A DNA stretch of 64,000 bases, taken from positions 32,001 through 96,000 of the forward strand of contig CAWBAN010000004.1 in assembly GCA_963786935.1 (NCBI GenBank). The letters run 5' to 3'. Below the pieces are notes generated by a model. It saw only the letters and a program-made list of their open reading frames with translations. It searched no databases and had not been told where the DNA came from. Below are positions 1-9,601 of this stretch, one piece after another. This DNA comes from an uncultured bacterium. GTDB taxonomy: Bacteria > Krumholzibacteriota > Krumholzibacteriia > Krumholzibacteriales > Krumholzibacteriaceae. A program made the translations under genes and the position numbers. The first letter of the stretch is position 1. Each line of letters begins with the position of its first letter.

Positions 1-1486
1 TGCGTTCGCCTCGACAAAGGACCGGTCCGCGGGGCAGGCCTCGGTCAAGGAGTACCGCTCGACGTTTCTCGGTAACATTCCGGGGGAGCCGCCGGTCGCC
101 GGGGTCGTCCTCGGGGCGAACGCGTTCGGCGAATACGGGCTGCGGCCGCTCCCGAGGCACTTGCGGGTGAGCCTCTGCCGCAAATACGTGTTCAGGCCCA
201 CCAACTCGGGGCAATTCTCCGCCGACCGCTTCGCCGTTTACGGCAACGCCTCGCCGACCGAAGAAGTATGTCTCTCCATATTCATGTTCGTCAGGAACGA
301 GGGCAGCTATACCGATCTGTTCAGCCACGCGGTGTTCTCGCCGGATCAGGTGGAGGAGCTGAAGCACATCAAATCGATCGGCGTGAACGTCGTGCTGCTG
401 CTCCTCGACCGCGACAAGGACGCCTCGACCGGCCGGCTGCGGCTCAAGCCGTATCAGGCGTACGTGGACGGCGAGCTGCAGGACGTCAAGGCCGTGGGCG
501 GCACGCCGAAGAAGACGCCCCCGCCGATTCCGCCGAAGAAGACGCCCCCGGCGGGCGTCTGGCGGGTCGACTTCGAAGACGCTCATTTCCGCACCGACAG
601 CGCGGTGCTCATGCCGGACAATCTCGCGGGCAAGCAGCCGGGCGGCGCGTCCCCGCCCGCCGGCGGCGCCGCCGAGGGGCTCGATGTTCTGAAGGTGGTC
701 CATTCGCAGCTCAAGAAGCAGCCGTCCCAGCGGCTGCTCGTCGCGGGGCACACGGATCGCGTGGGCAAGGACGCCTACAACATTTCGCTCTCGGCCGACC
801 GCGCGAGCGGCATCATGTTCCTGCTCGAAGGGAGGAAAGAGGACTGGCGCATGCTGGCCGGCCGCCGCAATCACGACGACGACATCTCGCAGGTCCTCGC
901 GTGGGTGAGCGCGAAGTACGGGTGGGACTGCCATCCGGGGAAAATCGAGAACGCGTCGTGGTCGCAGAAGCACACGGCGATACTGAATTTTCAGAAGAGG
1001 TACAACGTCGAGTTCATCGACAGCGGCAGGACCGCCAAGGCGTATCCGGGCGTCACCGCCAAGCGCATCGGCGAGGACGGCGACTGCGGGCCCGAGACGT
1101 GGGGAGCCGTGTTCGACGTGTATCAGGACGCGCTCGCCGCGAAGCTCGCCGCCACCTTCGAGGGCATGGTCTCGTTCCACGCGTCGCTCGCCGACCGGTG
1201 GGTCGATGACGAGAACAAGGCCGTTCCCTGCGGCGAGACCTTCCCTCGGGAACAGCCGCTGGAGGATAACTACGAGTCGGCCGTCAACCGGCGCGTGGAA
1301 GCCCTGTTCTTCGACCCGCCCGAGATGCCGCCGCTGCCGCTGCCGTGCAAGAGCGGTCAGGTCGCGGTGTCGCGGACCGGCACCATCGCCCTGTCCCCGT
1401 CGTCGGCGGAGGCGCGCCGGCAGAGCTGCTCCGGCAACTGCCCGATCTACCGCGGACCGAAGACCCCGGAGCCGCTTCCGGCGTAG
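1..1486 (+). CDS. OmpA-like C-terminal domain protein with inserted peptidoglycan-binding-like segment (5' partial)
   Basis: Frame is open from position 2. OmpA motifs HFRTDSAVL, LLVAGHTDRVG..YNISLSADRA and NRRVE are present. The insert carries AILNFQKRYN...DGDCGPETW. Pro/Lys linker PKKTPPPIPPKKTPP. Confidence 0.8.
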   Translation, partial: AFASTKDRSAGQASVKEYRSTFLGNIPGEPPVAGVVLGANAFGEYGLRPLPRHLRVSLCRKYVFRPTNSGQFSADRFAVYGNASPTEEVCLSIFMFVRNEGSYTDLFSHAVFSPDQVEELKHIKSIGVNVVLLLLDRDKDASTGRLRLKPYQAYVDGELQDVKAVGGTPKKTPPPIPPKKTPPAGVWRVDFEDAHFRTDSAVLMPDNLAGKQPGGASPPAGGAAEGLDVLKVVHSQLKKQPSQRLLVAGHTDRVGKDAYNISLSADRASGIMFLLEGRKEDWRMLAGRRNHDDDISQVLAWVSAKYGWDCHPGKIENASWSQKHTAILNFQKRYNVEFIDSGRTAKAYPGVTAKRIGEDGDCGPETWGAVFDVYQDALAAKLAATFEGMVSFHASLADRWVDDENKAVPCGETFPREQPLEDNYESAVNRRVEALFFDPPEMPPLPLPCKSGQVAVSRTGTIALSPSSAEARRQSCSGNCPIYRGPKTPEPLPA

Positions 1487-1590
1487 CCGGGCGCAGGACC
1501 GCGATCAATCATGAGCCGGAGAGAATAGCGAGCGGGCGGGACGTGGGGTCTCCGAGAGACTGCTCGTCGCCGCCCGCTTTCGCGAATTCG

Positions 1591-2571
1591 TCAGCGATTC
1601 ACCGTTTTCTTGACGGCCCGCTCGGAGCTTTTCGTGGGGGGCTCGACCTTGCGTTCGACCTGTGCGGGCTCCCTCGTTTCGGCGGTTTTCCGCTCGACCC
1701 GTGCGGGCTCCCTCGTCGCGGCGGTCTTCTGCTCCGCCTGATCATTCTGCCTCGTCACGACGTTCTTCCGCTCAATCCGGGCAATCTCCTTCGATGCGGA
1801 CGCCTCCTGCTTCTGCACCGTCCGCTGGATCGTCGATTTCACCGCGGCCTTGATCCGGTCCGTGCGGATATCCAGTGAGCGCTTCCCGATCGTGTTGACG
1901 GGGATCTCGCGGCCGGCGAGCCGTTTCACCTGCTTGATCTCCGGGGGCTGTTTGACGTCGATATCGCGCCGCAGCAGCTCCTTATTCTCGACGGCGATGT
2001 CTCGCCGCAACAATTCGCGCGGCTGATCGATCGCGTGGTGAGCGATGTGATCGTCACAGAAGTCGTCGATGTGAACGACGACCCAAACGTCGTAATCGTA
2101 GTAAATCCACGGATCGGGCCAGTAGAAATTCGGGGGCGGGAGCGGCGCCCACCCGCAGTAGGCCCCGTCGTTGTACCATTGGACCCGCGCGGGCGACCAT
2201 TCGTCCCCCGGCACCCAGAACCAGCCGATGTCGTTGTCGTAATACCAGTAGCCGTAATGGTAGACGAGATCGCCGAAGGGCTCGTAGGAATCCCACGCCC
2301 AGCCGTCGCTCGTCCAGAGCCAGCGGCCGTCGTAGAAAGGCGCCCATCTCTCGTCGACGGAAGGGCACCATACGACGCCGTATGGCGGCACGCCCATCCA
2401 TTCGCCGTACTGGGCGAGGAACTCGAAGTCTTCTGCGTAATAGTCGCCCCCCGCGGACACCCGGCTATGCGCGGACACGCTGGGAGCGCATCCGGAGCCG
2501 AAGAGGACCGCGCAGGCGAGAAGCAAGAGGCCCACCCTCTTGCCCATCATTCGTTCGCAGTATTTTGACAT
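1591..2571 (-). CDS. DUF6600-like Trp/Tyr-rich lipoprotein with low-complexity charged C-terminus
   Basis: AAGGAGGAGG upstream of ATG 2571. Lipobox-like LFGSGC. YGEW..PYGVVW.P / WAPFYDGRW / YHYGYW / WFWVPG.EWSPA.V.W pattern typical of DUF6600. Short repeats ELLRRDI x2 and TREPA.VERK x2. Confidence 0.75.
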   Translation of the reverse strand: MSKYCERMMGKRVGLLLLACAVLFGSGCAPSVSAHSRVSAGGDYYAEDFEFLAQYGEWMGVPPYGVVWCPSVDERWAPFYDGRWLWTSDGWAWDSYEPFGDLVYHYGYWYYDNDIGWFWVPGDEWSPARVQWYNDGAYCGWAPLPPPNFYWPDPWIYYDYDVWVVVHIDDFCDDHIAHHAIDQPRELLRRDIAVENKELLRRDIDVKQPPEIKQVKRLAGREIPVNTIGKRSLDIRTDRIKAAVKSTIQRTVQKQEASASKEIARIERKNVVTRQNDQAEQKTAATREPARVERKTAETREPAQVERKVEPPTKSSERAVKKTVNR

Positions 2572-2691
2572 TGCCCTCCTCCTTTCGGCATCGGAGCCCT
2601 TTGTGGCGTCCATCTAGTAAGTCGGAGGAGGGGATATGCCGGGTTACATTATTCGGACGGGGGAAGCGCCGATACGCCGCTTGTCGAGAGA

Positions 2692-3135
2692 ATGAGAATA
2701 GAGTACAATCTGCCGACCGCTATGGAAGCGACCTTCGAAAGAACGATCGACGCGCTCGACGGGCTCTTCGCCTTCGTCGAGCAATTCGGCGAGGCCCACG
2801 AGCTCGACGAGGCGACGCGCTTCGCCGCGAACCTCGCCGTCGAGGAGCTGTTCACGAACCTCGTGCGGCACAATGCGGGCGGGACGCGCCGCATTCAGCT
2901 GGATATGGTGATCGAAAGCGGCCGTTTGACCATACGCCTCATGGACTTCGACGTCGATCCCGTCGACCTGTCGGGCGAGACGCCCCCCGACGTCAGCCTC
3001 CCGCTCGAGCAGCGGCAGCCCGGCGGGCTCGGGATGCATCTCGTCAGAACTCTTTTCGATTCACTCAGTTATGACTACCGGGACCGCACCCTCAGCGTCA
3101 CCGCGGTCAAGAATCTGGAGGACACGCATGTTTGA
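2692..3135 (+). CDS. RsbW/SpoIIAB-like anti-sigma factor, ATP-binding Ser/Thr kinase (HATPase_c_2)
   Basis: LAVEELFTNLVRH N-box and PGGLGMHLVR G-box. Adjacent to a STAS gene. Start may be 2722. Confidence 0.85.
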   Translation: MRIEYNLPTAMEATFERTIDALDGLFAFVEQFGEAHELDEATRFAANLAVEELFTNLVRHNAGGTRRIQLDMVIESGRLTIRLMDFDVDPVDLSGETPPDVSLPLEQRQPGGLGMHLVRTLFDSLSYDYRDRTLSVTAVKNLEDTHV

Positions 3136-3412
3136 AGCGAGCCGCGCCTCGGCAGCACTCATCACCTTCAAAGGAAGGCTCGACGCCTCTCAGGTGGACA
3201 GGGCAAGAATCGTTCTTGACTCGGTAAGTGAATCGTGTACAATCGATTTCAGTGAGCTCGACTACATCTCGAGCGCGGGATTGGGGATTCTCCTCGCAAC
3301 ACAAAAACGACTGAGCGAATCGGGGCATGGCCTTACTATCTCCGGCATGAACCGGCACATCAGGGAGATTTTCCATATCGCGGGGTTCGAAATCGTTTTC
3401 ACGATCGTTTGA
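3128..3412 (+). CDS. STAS-domain anti-sigma factor antagonist (RsbV/SpoIIAA-like)
   Basis: GRLD...IDFSELDYISSAGLGILL...IREIFHIAGF, with the phospho-acceptor Ser motif YISSAG. GGAGG before ATG 3128. Confidence 0.9.
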   Translation: MFEASRASAALITFKGRLDASQVDRARIVLDSVSESCTIDFSELDYISSAGLGILLATQKRLSESGHGLTISGMNRHIREIFHIAGFEIVFTIV

Positions 3413-3486
3413 GACCGGTCCCCGCGATCCCCGGCCCGGCGCGGGAATTCGCCCGGCTGCCCGCCCTCGAGAGCTGCTTTTTCATC

Positions 3487-3512
3487 CAACTTTTCGGCGT
3501 CCGCCTTGTAGT
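3487..3512 (+). promoter_or_regulatory. Putative ECF-sigma promoter (CAACT-N16-GTAGT), copy 1
   Basis: CAACT at 3487-3491, 16-nt spacer, GTAGT at 3508-3512, about 30 nt before the sigma ATG. The same motif and spacing recur at 4788-4813. Confidence 0.6.
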
Positions 3513-3541
3513 TCATTCAGACAAAGACAGGATCGTACGGA

Positions 3542-4051
3542 ATGGCCGTGAAGCTCGACAGAGAGACGTTCGGGTCGATCGTTGAGAAGCACTCGAAAGC
3601 GATCTTCAACGCGGCCTTCAGGATCGTGAACAATTACGAGGACGCCATGGACATCACGCAAACAACGTTCGTCAAGGTATACGAGAGGCTCGACCGGTTC
3701 GATCCCGCGCACGACGTCTTCAGCTGGCTCTACAAAATCGCCGTCAACGAGGCGATCAACTGCGCGAAGCGGAACAGCCGCTTCGCCGAGCTCGATCCGG
3801 ACGCCCACGTCAATCCGGCAATCCCGAGATCCGATTTCATCCATAACGAAACGAGCGCGCGCCTGCAGGAGGCGCTCATGACGCTGCCGCTGGACTACCG
3901 CACGGTGCTCGTCCTGCGGCATTTTCACAATCTCTCGTACCGGGAGATCGGCGGAGTGCTCGACATCCCCGAGAAGACGGTCAAATCGAGGCTCTACACG
4001 GGGCGGCAGCTGCTTCGCGATCTGCTCGTGAGGGCGGGGTATACGCAATGA
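3542..4051 (+). CDS. ECF-type sigma-70 factor
   Basis: 169 aa. Region 2 DAMDITQTTFVKVY...SWLYKIAVN and region 4 LSYREIGGVLDIPEKTVKSRLY. Confidence 0.95.
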   Translation: MAVKLDRETFGSIVEKHSKAIFNAAFRIVNNYEDAMDITQTTFVKVYERLDRFDPAHDVFSWLYKIAVNEAINCAKRNSRFAELDPDAHVNPAIPRSDFIHNETSARLQEALMTLPLDYRTVLVLRHFHNLSYREIGGVLDIPEKTVKSRLYTGRQLLRDLLVRAGYTQ

Positions 4052-4783
4052 TCGAGAACCATTATATCGAGCTCATGAATCGCGAGATCGACGGCGTGAA
4101 CTCGCCGGAGGAGAGCGCGGCCCTGCGCGCGCACATCGATTCGAACGAGGAGGCGCGCCGGTATTACGAGGATCTGTGCGGGGTCTCGCGCGTGTTCGCC
4201 GCGGCGGGGGACGTGACGCCGCCGAAGGACCTGAACCGCGAGATCATGCGGTCGGTCGCCGAGCACGACGCGGTGCGCGCTTCGTCCGGCGCCGGCCGGG
4301 CGCGGCGGGCGCCCGTTCTTCGGCATATTCGCGGGGAAGCGGCTCGCGTACTCGTTCGCGGCGGGGCTCGCGCTGGGCCTCATCGCCCTCGTCATCGTGC
4401 TCGGCGCGATCACGAAGCAGAGCCGGTTCGACCGCTCGGAGCTCTACGGGGCGCTCGGGGACCGGCGCTCGATGGGCCCCGTCATCGCGAGGGAGACGGT
4501 GCCGCTCGCGACGGACGACGTTTCGGGCTCGATCGACGTGCGGTATCTCGCGAGCTCGATCGTCGTGACGCTCAACCTCGACGCGAATCGCGAAATCGAA
4601 ACGACGCTGCGCGCGGATACGGCGAGCGTGACGTTGACGAGCTCCGGCAGAAGCAGCGTCGCCATCGCCTTCAGGGACGAAGCCGGCGCGCGCCCGGATG
4701 TGATCGTTTCGATCATCGCGGACGGCAGCCGGACGTACGAGTGGACCATCGTAGGGGACAAAGCGGGCGCGGCTCGAAAATAG
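4048..4783 (+). CDS. Single-pass membrane anti-sigma factor (split by a +1 frameshift near 4300-4320)
   Basis: ATGA overlap with the sigma stop. N-terminus resembles an anti-sigma domain (LMNREIDG..S.EE..ALRAHI...EARRYY) but lacks the ZAS cysteines. The TM segment LAYSFAAGLALGLIALVIVLGAI and the periplasmic part are in the frame of ORF 4397..4783. About 244 aa when joined. Confidence 0.75.
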
Positions 4784-4787
4784 CGGA

Positions 4788-4813
4788 CAACTATTTGCCC
4801 TCTGCTTTGTAGT
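4788..4813 (+). promoter_or_regulatory. Putative ECF-sigma promoter (CAACT-N16-GTAGT), copy 2
   Basis: CAACT at 4788-4792, 16-nt spacer, GTAGT at 4809-4813, upstream of the repeat-protein gene. Confidence 0.6.
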
Positions 4814-4870
4814 CAGAATGTAAATGGGCGTTATTTGGCAAGGGGACTCTCAATCCAGAGGAGGTCAGGT

Positions 4871-6494
4871 ATGAGCAGGAAACTGCTGGCGGGCGGATTG
4901 GTGATCATCGCCGCGATCGTGATCGCCTATTTCGCCTTCGTGTATCCTCCCGCTTCGAAGGAGGATACGTCGGGCGCCATCGGCGTCGCGAACAAGTATC
5001 GCAGCGAGCAGATCACGGATCAGGACGTCATCCTGAAGGAAGAGGAAGACGTCGCGGCGGCCATGATGGCGGTCATGTCGCCCGAGGAGAAGGCCGCGAT
5101 GTTCGACCGCGCGACGAGAGATCTGCAGGGGCGCGTGCTGGCGAACGCCCCCGCCGAGATGATGTCGAAGCTCATGGGCCGCGCCGACAACGTCATGCTC
5201 GCGCGGCTGTTCAAGGGTCTCGACGCTCAGCAGCGCGCCGATTTCTTCGCGCGGGCTCCGAAGCCGACGCAGGACGCGATCCTTCGCGCCGCCAACGTCA
5301 CCGCCGAGCGGTACGCGGCGATGTCCGTCGACGAGCGGTCGACGAAGGTCCTCGAGCGGGCCTCCGACATGCACCTCGCCGCGATCGTGACGGCCGCGAG
5401 CATGCAGGATCGGACGACCTTCTTCGCGAAGGCCGACTCCACGCTGCGCAGCGACTTCATGAAGCTCCTCGACCGCAACGACAAGATCGCGGTCATGGAA
5501 CGCGCGCCGGCCGCGACGATCGCCGAGATGGAGCGGGCCAACTTCGCGATCGGCTTCTTCGAGAAGGCCGCTCCCGAAGCTCAGTTCGAGATGCTCGGGA
5601 GGTCCCCCGAGGTGGCCTCGGCCCTCATGGGGCGCGCCGGCAACGTGATGCTCGCGCGGCTCTTCAAAGGGCTCGACGTCCAGCAGCGCGTTGATTTCTT
5701 CGCGCGCTCGCCGAAGCCGACGCAGGACGCGATTCTTCGCACCGCCAACGTGACGGCCGAGCGGTACGCCAAGATGAGCTGTCGACGAGAAATCGGTGAA
5801 AGTCCTCGAGCGGGCGGCCGACATGGATCTCGCCGCCGTCGTGAAGAACGCGACGATGCAGGAGAAGGCGACCTTCGTCGCGAGGGCCGACGTCGCGCAG
5901 CGGAGCGAGTTCATGAAGCTCCTCGATCGTTCGGACAAGTTCACCCTGATGGGGCGCGCGCCGGCCCCGATGGTCGCCGAGATGGGCCGGGCCAACTTCG
6001 CCGCCAACTTCTTCGGCAAGGCGGCTCCCGAGCAGCAGTTCGAGATGCTCGCCAAGTCGCCCGAGCTCGCCGCGGCGTGCATCGGACGCGCGGACGCCAC
6101 GATGCTGGCGCGGCTCTTCAAGGGGCTCGACGCCCAGCAGCGCGCCGACTTCTTCGCCCGGGCGCCGAAGCCGACGCAGGACGCGATCCTTCGCGCCGCG
6201 AACGTCACCGCCGAGCGCTACGCCAAGATGACTGTCGACGAGAAATCGGTGAAGGTCCTCGAGCGGGCGGCCGACATGGATCTCGCCGCGATCGTGAAGA
6301 ACGCGACGATGCAGGAGAAGACGAGCTTCATGGCGAAGGCCGACTTCACCCTGCGGAACGACTTCATAAAGCTCCTTGACCGCTCCGACAGGTTCAACCT
6401 GATGGGAGTCGCGCCCGAGCGGCTGAAGGTCGACATGGAGCGCGCGTACACCGAAGAGATGGAGCGGGTCGCGCGCGTGGCCAAGAAGAGATAG
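4871..6494 (+). CDS. Membrane-anchored alpha-helical tandem-repeat protein (about 3 x 151 aa); +1 frameshift at about 5778
   Basis: GAGGAGG SD. N-terminal TM LLAGGLVIIAAIVIAYFAFV. MLARLFKGLD.QQR.DFFAR.PKPTQDAILR occurs 3 times. ORFs 4835..6379 and 5796..6494 join into about 540 aa. Confidence 0.85.
5195..6400 (+). repeat. Intragenic tandem repeat, 453-nt unit
   Basis: The ATG of MLARLF lies at 5195, 5648 and 6102, giving spacings of 453 and 454. The extra base is the frameshift. Confidence 0.9.
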
Positions 6495-6518
6495 CAGGCC
6501 GATAGAGGCAACCACGAA

Positions 6519-6556
6519 GAGCGGGGGGGATTCCGGAAGCGGGATCCCTCCCGCTC
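6519..6556 (+). terminator. 16-bp hairpin after the repeat gene (no U-tract; weak terminator or RNA-stabilising stem)
   Basis: GAGCGGGGGGGATTCC-GGAAGC-GGGATCCCTCCCGCTC. Confidence 0.55.
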
Positions 6557-6593
6557 GATATTGCGGGGGGGGATAGTCGCCGGACTCAACGCT

Positions 6594-9578
6594 ATGAAAT
6601 CAATCAAATCAAGCATGTGGCGGCCGGCCTGGATTCCCGTTCTGGCCGCGATTCTGTTTCTTGCCCGCCCGGCGGGCGCCGCCGAGCTGAACATTCGTTA
6701 CCGCACCATTCAGACGAAATACCTTCGCCTCGCCTACTACGACCCGAACCACGAGTACGTCGTTCGGCACCTCGCGCGCTGCTACGAGAACTCGATGGCC
6801 TTTCACCGGCGCATCTTCCGCTACGAGCCGAGCGGGCCGGTGACGATTCACTTCCAGGACTTCGACGACTACGGCTACGCCGGCACGACGACGATCCCCT
6901 TCAACTACATCACGCTCGGCATCGAGCCGTTCGAGTACATCTACGACACGTGCCCGACGAACGAGCGGATGAACTGGGTCACGAGCCACGAGCTCGTGCA
7001 CGTCGTCGCCTCGGATCAGGCGACGCGCGGCGACCGGTTCTACCGCTCGCTCTTCATGGGCAAGGTCTCGCCGAGCGACGAGGATCCGGTGTCCGTATTC
7101 TACAGCTACCTCACGAACCCGCGCCGGTACGCGCCGCGTTGGTACCACGAGGGGATCGCCGTCTTCTTCGAGACGTGGATGGCGGGGGGCATCGGCCGCT
7201 GCCTCACCGGGTGGGACGAGATGGTCTTCCGCACGATGGTCCGCGACTCGAGCTACTTCTACGAGTACGTCGGCCTCCAGTCCGAGGGAACGGCGATCGA
7301 TTTCCAGGTGGGGCAGGTCGCCTACCTGTACGGGACGAGATTCGATCTTTACCTCGCGCTCAAGTACGGCCCCGATAAGCTCGTCGACTGGGTGCGCCGC
7401 GAGGACGGAAGCGAGCGTCATTTCGCCTCGCAGTTCAGGAAGGTGTACGGCACGTCGCTCGACGACGAATGGTCGAAATGGATCGATTTCGAGCGCGAGT
7501 GGGATCAGGCGAACCTCGATTCGATCCGGCGCTACCCCGTCACGTCGTCGCGGGCGCTGTCGGTGCGGCCCCTCGGCTCGGTGTCGCGCGAGTTCTACGA
7601 TCCCGCGGCGGGGAAGCTCTACGCGGCGGTGAACTATCCGGGGGAGTTCTCGCACATCGCGGCGATCGACGTCGCCACGGGGAAAATCGACAAGCTGTGC
7701 GAGATCTCGACGCCTTCTCTCTACTACGTCTGCTCGCTCGCGTACGACGATTCGAGCAAGACGCTCTTCTACACGACGAACAACAGCAGGGGCTACCGCA
7801 ACCTCGAGTGCTACTCCATCCCGACGGGGGAGAAGCGGCGCCTCATCCAGTACAGCCGCACCGGCGACCTCGCCTTCAACCGCGCCGACAAGACGCTCTG
7901 GGGCATCCAGCACCACAACGGATACTCATCCCTCGTGCGGATCCCGCCCCCCTATGCGAACGGCGACGTGATTCCGCTCCTCCCGTACGGAAAGGATCTC
8001 TTCGACATCGATATCTCGCCCGACGGGAAGCACGTGATCGGCACGCTCGCGAGCATCAACGGCGCGCAGCAGCTCATCCGCATGCCGGTCGACAGCCTCC
8101 TCGCCGGCGATTACGAGTACGATATCCTCTGGGAGTTCGAGAAGAACCCCGCGATGAATTTCGTCTATTCGCCCGACGGCCGGTACCTCTACGGGGCGTC
8201 GTACCTCACGGGCGTCTCGAACGTCTTCCGCTACGATCAGGTCGAGAAGAAGATGGAGGCGCTCAGCAACACGGAAACGGGATACTTCAGGCCGATCCCC
8301 GTGCCGGGCGATTCGGTGATCGTCTTCTCGTACACCGGCAAGGGATTCGTCCCCGTGATGATCCCCGACCGGCCGATCGAGGACGTGAAGGAGATCTCAT
8401 ACCTCGGGCAGGCGGTCCTCGAGAAGAACAGGGAGCTCGAGGGTTGGACGCTCGGCTCGCCGCTCGGCGTCAATCTCGACTCCCTCATCACGGGCACGCC
8501 GGACTACCACGCCGCGCGCAGCATGCGCTTCACGACGGCATATCCGATCGTCGATTGCTACAAGACCACCGCCGCGGTCGGCATGAAGGCCAACTTCATG
8601 GATCCGCTGTGGCAGAACTCGGTCGACATGTCGCTCTCCTATTCGCCCGTGAACGATATCCCCTCCGAGGAGCGGCTCCATTTCAAATTCCAGTACGAGA
8701 ACTGGCGGTGGAACGTGCGCGGGGCTTACAACCGCGCCGATTTCTACGACTTCTTCGGGCCCACGAAGACGAGCCGCAAGGGATACGGGGTCGGCGTCCA
8801 GTTCAAGGGATACCCGTTCTCGGACGGGCCGCGCTCGCTCGAGTACACGATCAGCGCGGCGCATTACGGCGGCCTCGAGAAGATGCCGCTCTACCAGAAC
8901 ATCGACGTCTCGTACGACAACTTCTACACGGCGGGGGCGTCCGTGCGGTACAAGAACGTCCGCGGCACGATCGGCGCGATCGAGGCCGAAAAGGGCGTCA
9001 TCTGGAGCCTCAACGCGGACAACAGCATCGTGCTTTCGGAGCTCTACCCGCAGTTCTACGGGACCCTCGACGGCGGCATTCTCCTTCCCCTCGACCATTC
9101 GTCCCTCTGGCTCCGGACGGCGGCCGGCTTCTCCTTCGGAGACGCCGAGGAGTCGTTCGCGAACTTCTATTTCGGCGGATTCGGGAACAACTGGATCGAT
9201 CACGCGGCGACGGTGAACCGCTACCGCGAGTATTACGCCTTCCCCGGCGCCGAGCTGAACGCGATCGGCGGGACCAACTTCGGGAAGGCCCTCCTCGAGT
9301 GGACGCTCCCGCCGCTCCGCTTCAAGCGGATCGGGCTGCCGTCCCTCTACGCGAACTGGGCGCGGCTCGCGCTCTTCACGTCGGCCATCGGCACGGGGCT
9401 CGACGTCGACGACGAGAAATGGGAGCGCAAGCTCATGAACGTCGGGGCGCAGCTGAACCTCAAGGTCGTCATCTTTTCTTCGCTTGAATCGACCTTCTCG
9501 GTCGGGTACGCTCGCGCGATGGAAGAGGGCTTCGAATCCACCGACGAGCTCATGGTGTCGCTCAAGATTCTGCGATAG
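6594..9578 (+). CDS. Exported protein: gluzincin-like metallopeptidase + TolB/PD40-like beta-propeller + probable outer-membrane beta-barrel (Omp85-like)
   Basis: Signal peptide. HELVH followed by PRWYHEGIA. Propeller repeats ISPDGK and YSPDGR. The C-terminal ~350 aa is alternating aromatic beta-strands. Confidence 0.7.
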   Translation: MKSIKSSMWRPAWIPVLAAILFLARPAGAAELNIRYRTIQTKYLRLAYYDPNHEYVVRHLARCYENSMAFHRRIFRYEPSGPVTIHFQDFDDYGYAGTTTIPFNYITLGIEPFEYIYDTCPTNERMNWVTSHELVHVVASDQATRGDRFYRSLFMGKVSPSDEDPVSVFYSYLTNPRRYAPRWYHEGIAVFFETWMAGGIGRCLTGWDEMVFRTMVRDSSYFYEYVGLQSEGTAIDFQVGQVAYLYGTRFDLYLALKYGPDKLVDWVRREDGSERHFASQFRKVYGTSLDDEWSKWIDFEREWDQANLDSIRRYPVTSSRALSVRPLGSVSREFYDPAAGKLYAAVNYPGEFSHIAAIDVATGKIDKLCEISTPSLYYVCSLAYDDSSKTLFYTTNNSRGYRNLECYSIPTGEKRRLIQYSRTGDLAFNRADKTLWGIQHHNGYSSLVRIPPPYANGDVIPLLPYGKDLFDIDISPDGKHVIGTLASINGAQQLIRMPVDSLLAGDYEYDILWEFEKNPAMNFVYSPDGRYLYGASYLTGVSNVFRYDQVEKKMEALSNTETGYFRPIPVPGDSVIVFSYTGKGFVPVMIPDRPIEDVKEISYLGQAVLEKNRELEGWTLGSPLGVNLDSLITGTPDYHAARSMRFTTAYPIVDCYKTTAAVGMKANFMDPLWQNSVDMSLSYSPVNDIPSEERLHFKFQYENWRWNVRGAYNRADFYDFFGPTKTSRKGYGVGVQFKGYPFSDGPRSLEYTISAAHYGGLEKMPLYQNIDVSYDNFYTAGASVRYKNVRGTIGAIEAEKGVIWSLNADNSIVLSELYPQFYGTLDGGILLPLDHSSLWLRTAAGFSFGDAEESFANFYFGGFGNNWIDHAATVNRYREYYAFPGAELNAIGGTNFGKALLEWTLPPLRFKRIGLPSLYANWARLALFTSAIGTGLDVDDEKWERKLMNVGAQLNLKVVIFSSLESTFSVGYARAMEEGFESTDELMVSLKILR

Positions 9579-9601
9579 GAGAGGGTGCACGGACGGCAGC
9601 C

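Noticed and set aside
2621..2648. ECF-like promoter TGTAAC...CGAC (minus strand) upstream of the DUF6600-like gene
   Set aside because: The 18-nt spacer is longer than typical, the motif occurs once, and it differs from the CAACT/GTAGT motif.
5195..6400. Long direct repeats as a CRISPR array or mobile element
   Set aside because: These are in-frame 453-nt coding repeats with no spacers, and there are no cas genes.
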